A DNA stretch of 51,668 nucleotides, counting the filler, from Sphacelaria rigidula (Eukaryota): NCBI GenBank assembly GCA_964200075.2. It is 3 parts of 3 records of this genome, joined end to end, with 100 filler letters (N's around TTAATTAATTAA, not from the genome) between each part and the next. Parts side by side here need not be neighbours in the genome. Positions count along the whole stretch, not along the records: positions 34,521 to 51,668 come from CAXNAA020001155.1; 2 more parts are not named here. The stretch is one strand, 5' to 3'. The notes under the pieces were generated by a model. It was given only the letters and a program-made list of their open reading frames with translations. It had not been told where the DNA came from and made no database searches. The position numbers and the translations under genes are program-made. Positions 51,292 to 51,668 of this stretch are shown in pieces; positions within the stretch are counted from its first letter, which is position 1, and every line of letters starts with the position of its first letter.

Positions 51292-51668
51292 TTAAAGACC
51301 CCATCGACTATGGCGATGTGAAGACCAAATATGTGTGTTGGGCCAGGTTGGGCTCGGTCTTTCCTATTGGCCCTCTCGATCTTTACCGGTACGGTGTTTT
51401 GGGAAGCAAATTTACACCCAAAGTCCGTAGCAAAAAGACGGTTTCGACCTTCCCTCGGTTTGGTCTTCAGATGTTCATGCTATTGGTCGACAGACCCGAA
51501 GGGTTTTCCGTCCTCCCGGCAGATACCACACCAGCTCTATCATCGCGCGTAGGGCGTCCACCACACCATACGCCGAAGACGCTTGGTGTGACATTGGTGT
51601 TCACATGAAATCAGCACAGCAGCATGTGTACAAAGAAAGATTGTTGAACACAAGTTGACACAGACAGC

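Overview
Repeat-dense eukaryotic DNA, most likely from a brown alga (inferred from the EsV-1-7 repeat gene). It consists of three assembled pieces joined by artificial N-TTAATTAATTAA-N spacers (17170-17269, 34421-34520), so adjacency across them is unproven. The only clearly intact gene is an 806-aa minus-strand ORF (35259-37679) with 16 tandem 38-aa EsV-1-7-type Cys/His repeats. About 20330-34420 is a nest of decayed Ty3/Gypsy LTR elements: a gag-PR-RT-RH-IN copy, a pol-less gag-like relative, and several LTR ends. All three 5'-LTR/internal junctions carry a self-complementary 12-mer where a tRNA primer-binding site is expected. Also present: an RTE-type LINE fragment, a LINE ending in poly(C) with a probable tRNA-headed SINE partner, mariner- and piggyBac-type MITEs, and many foldback elements and hairpins. 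All calls come from reading the sequence by eye; no searches were run.
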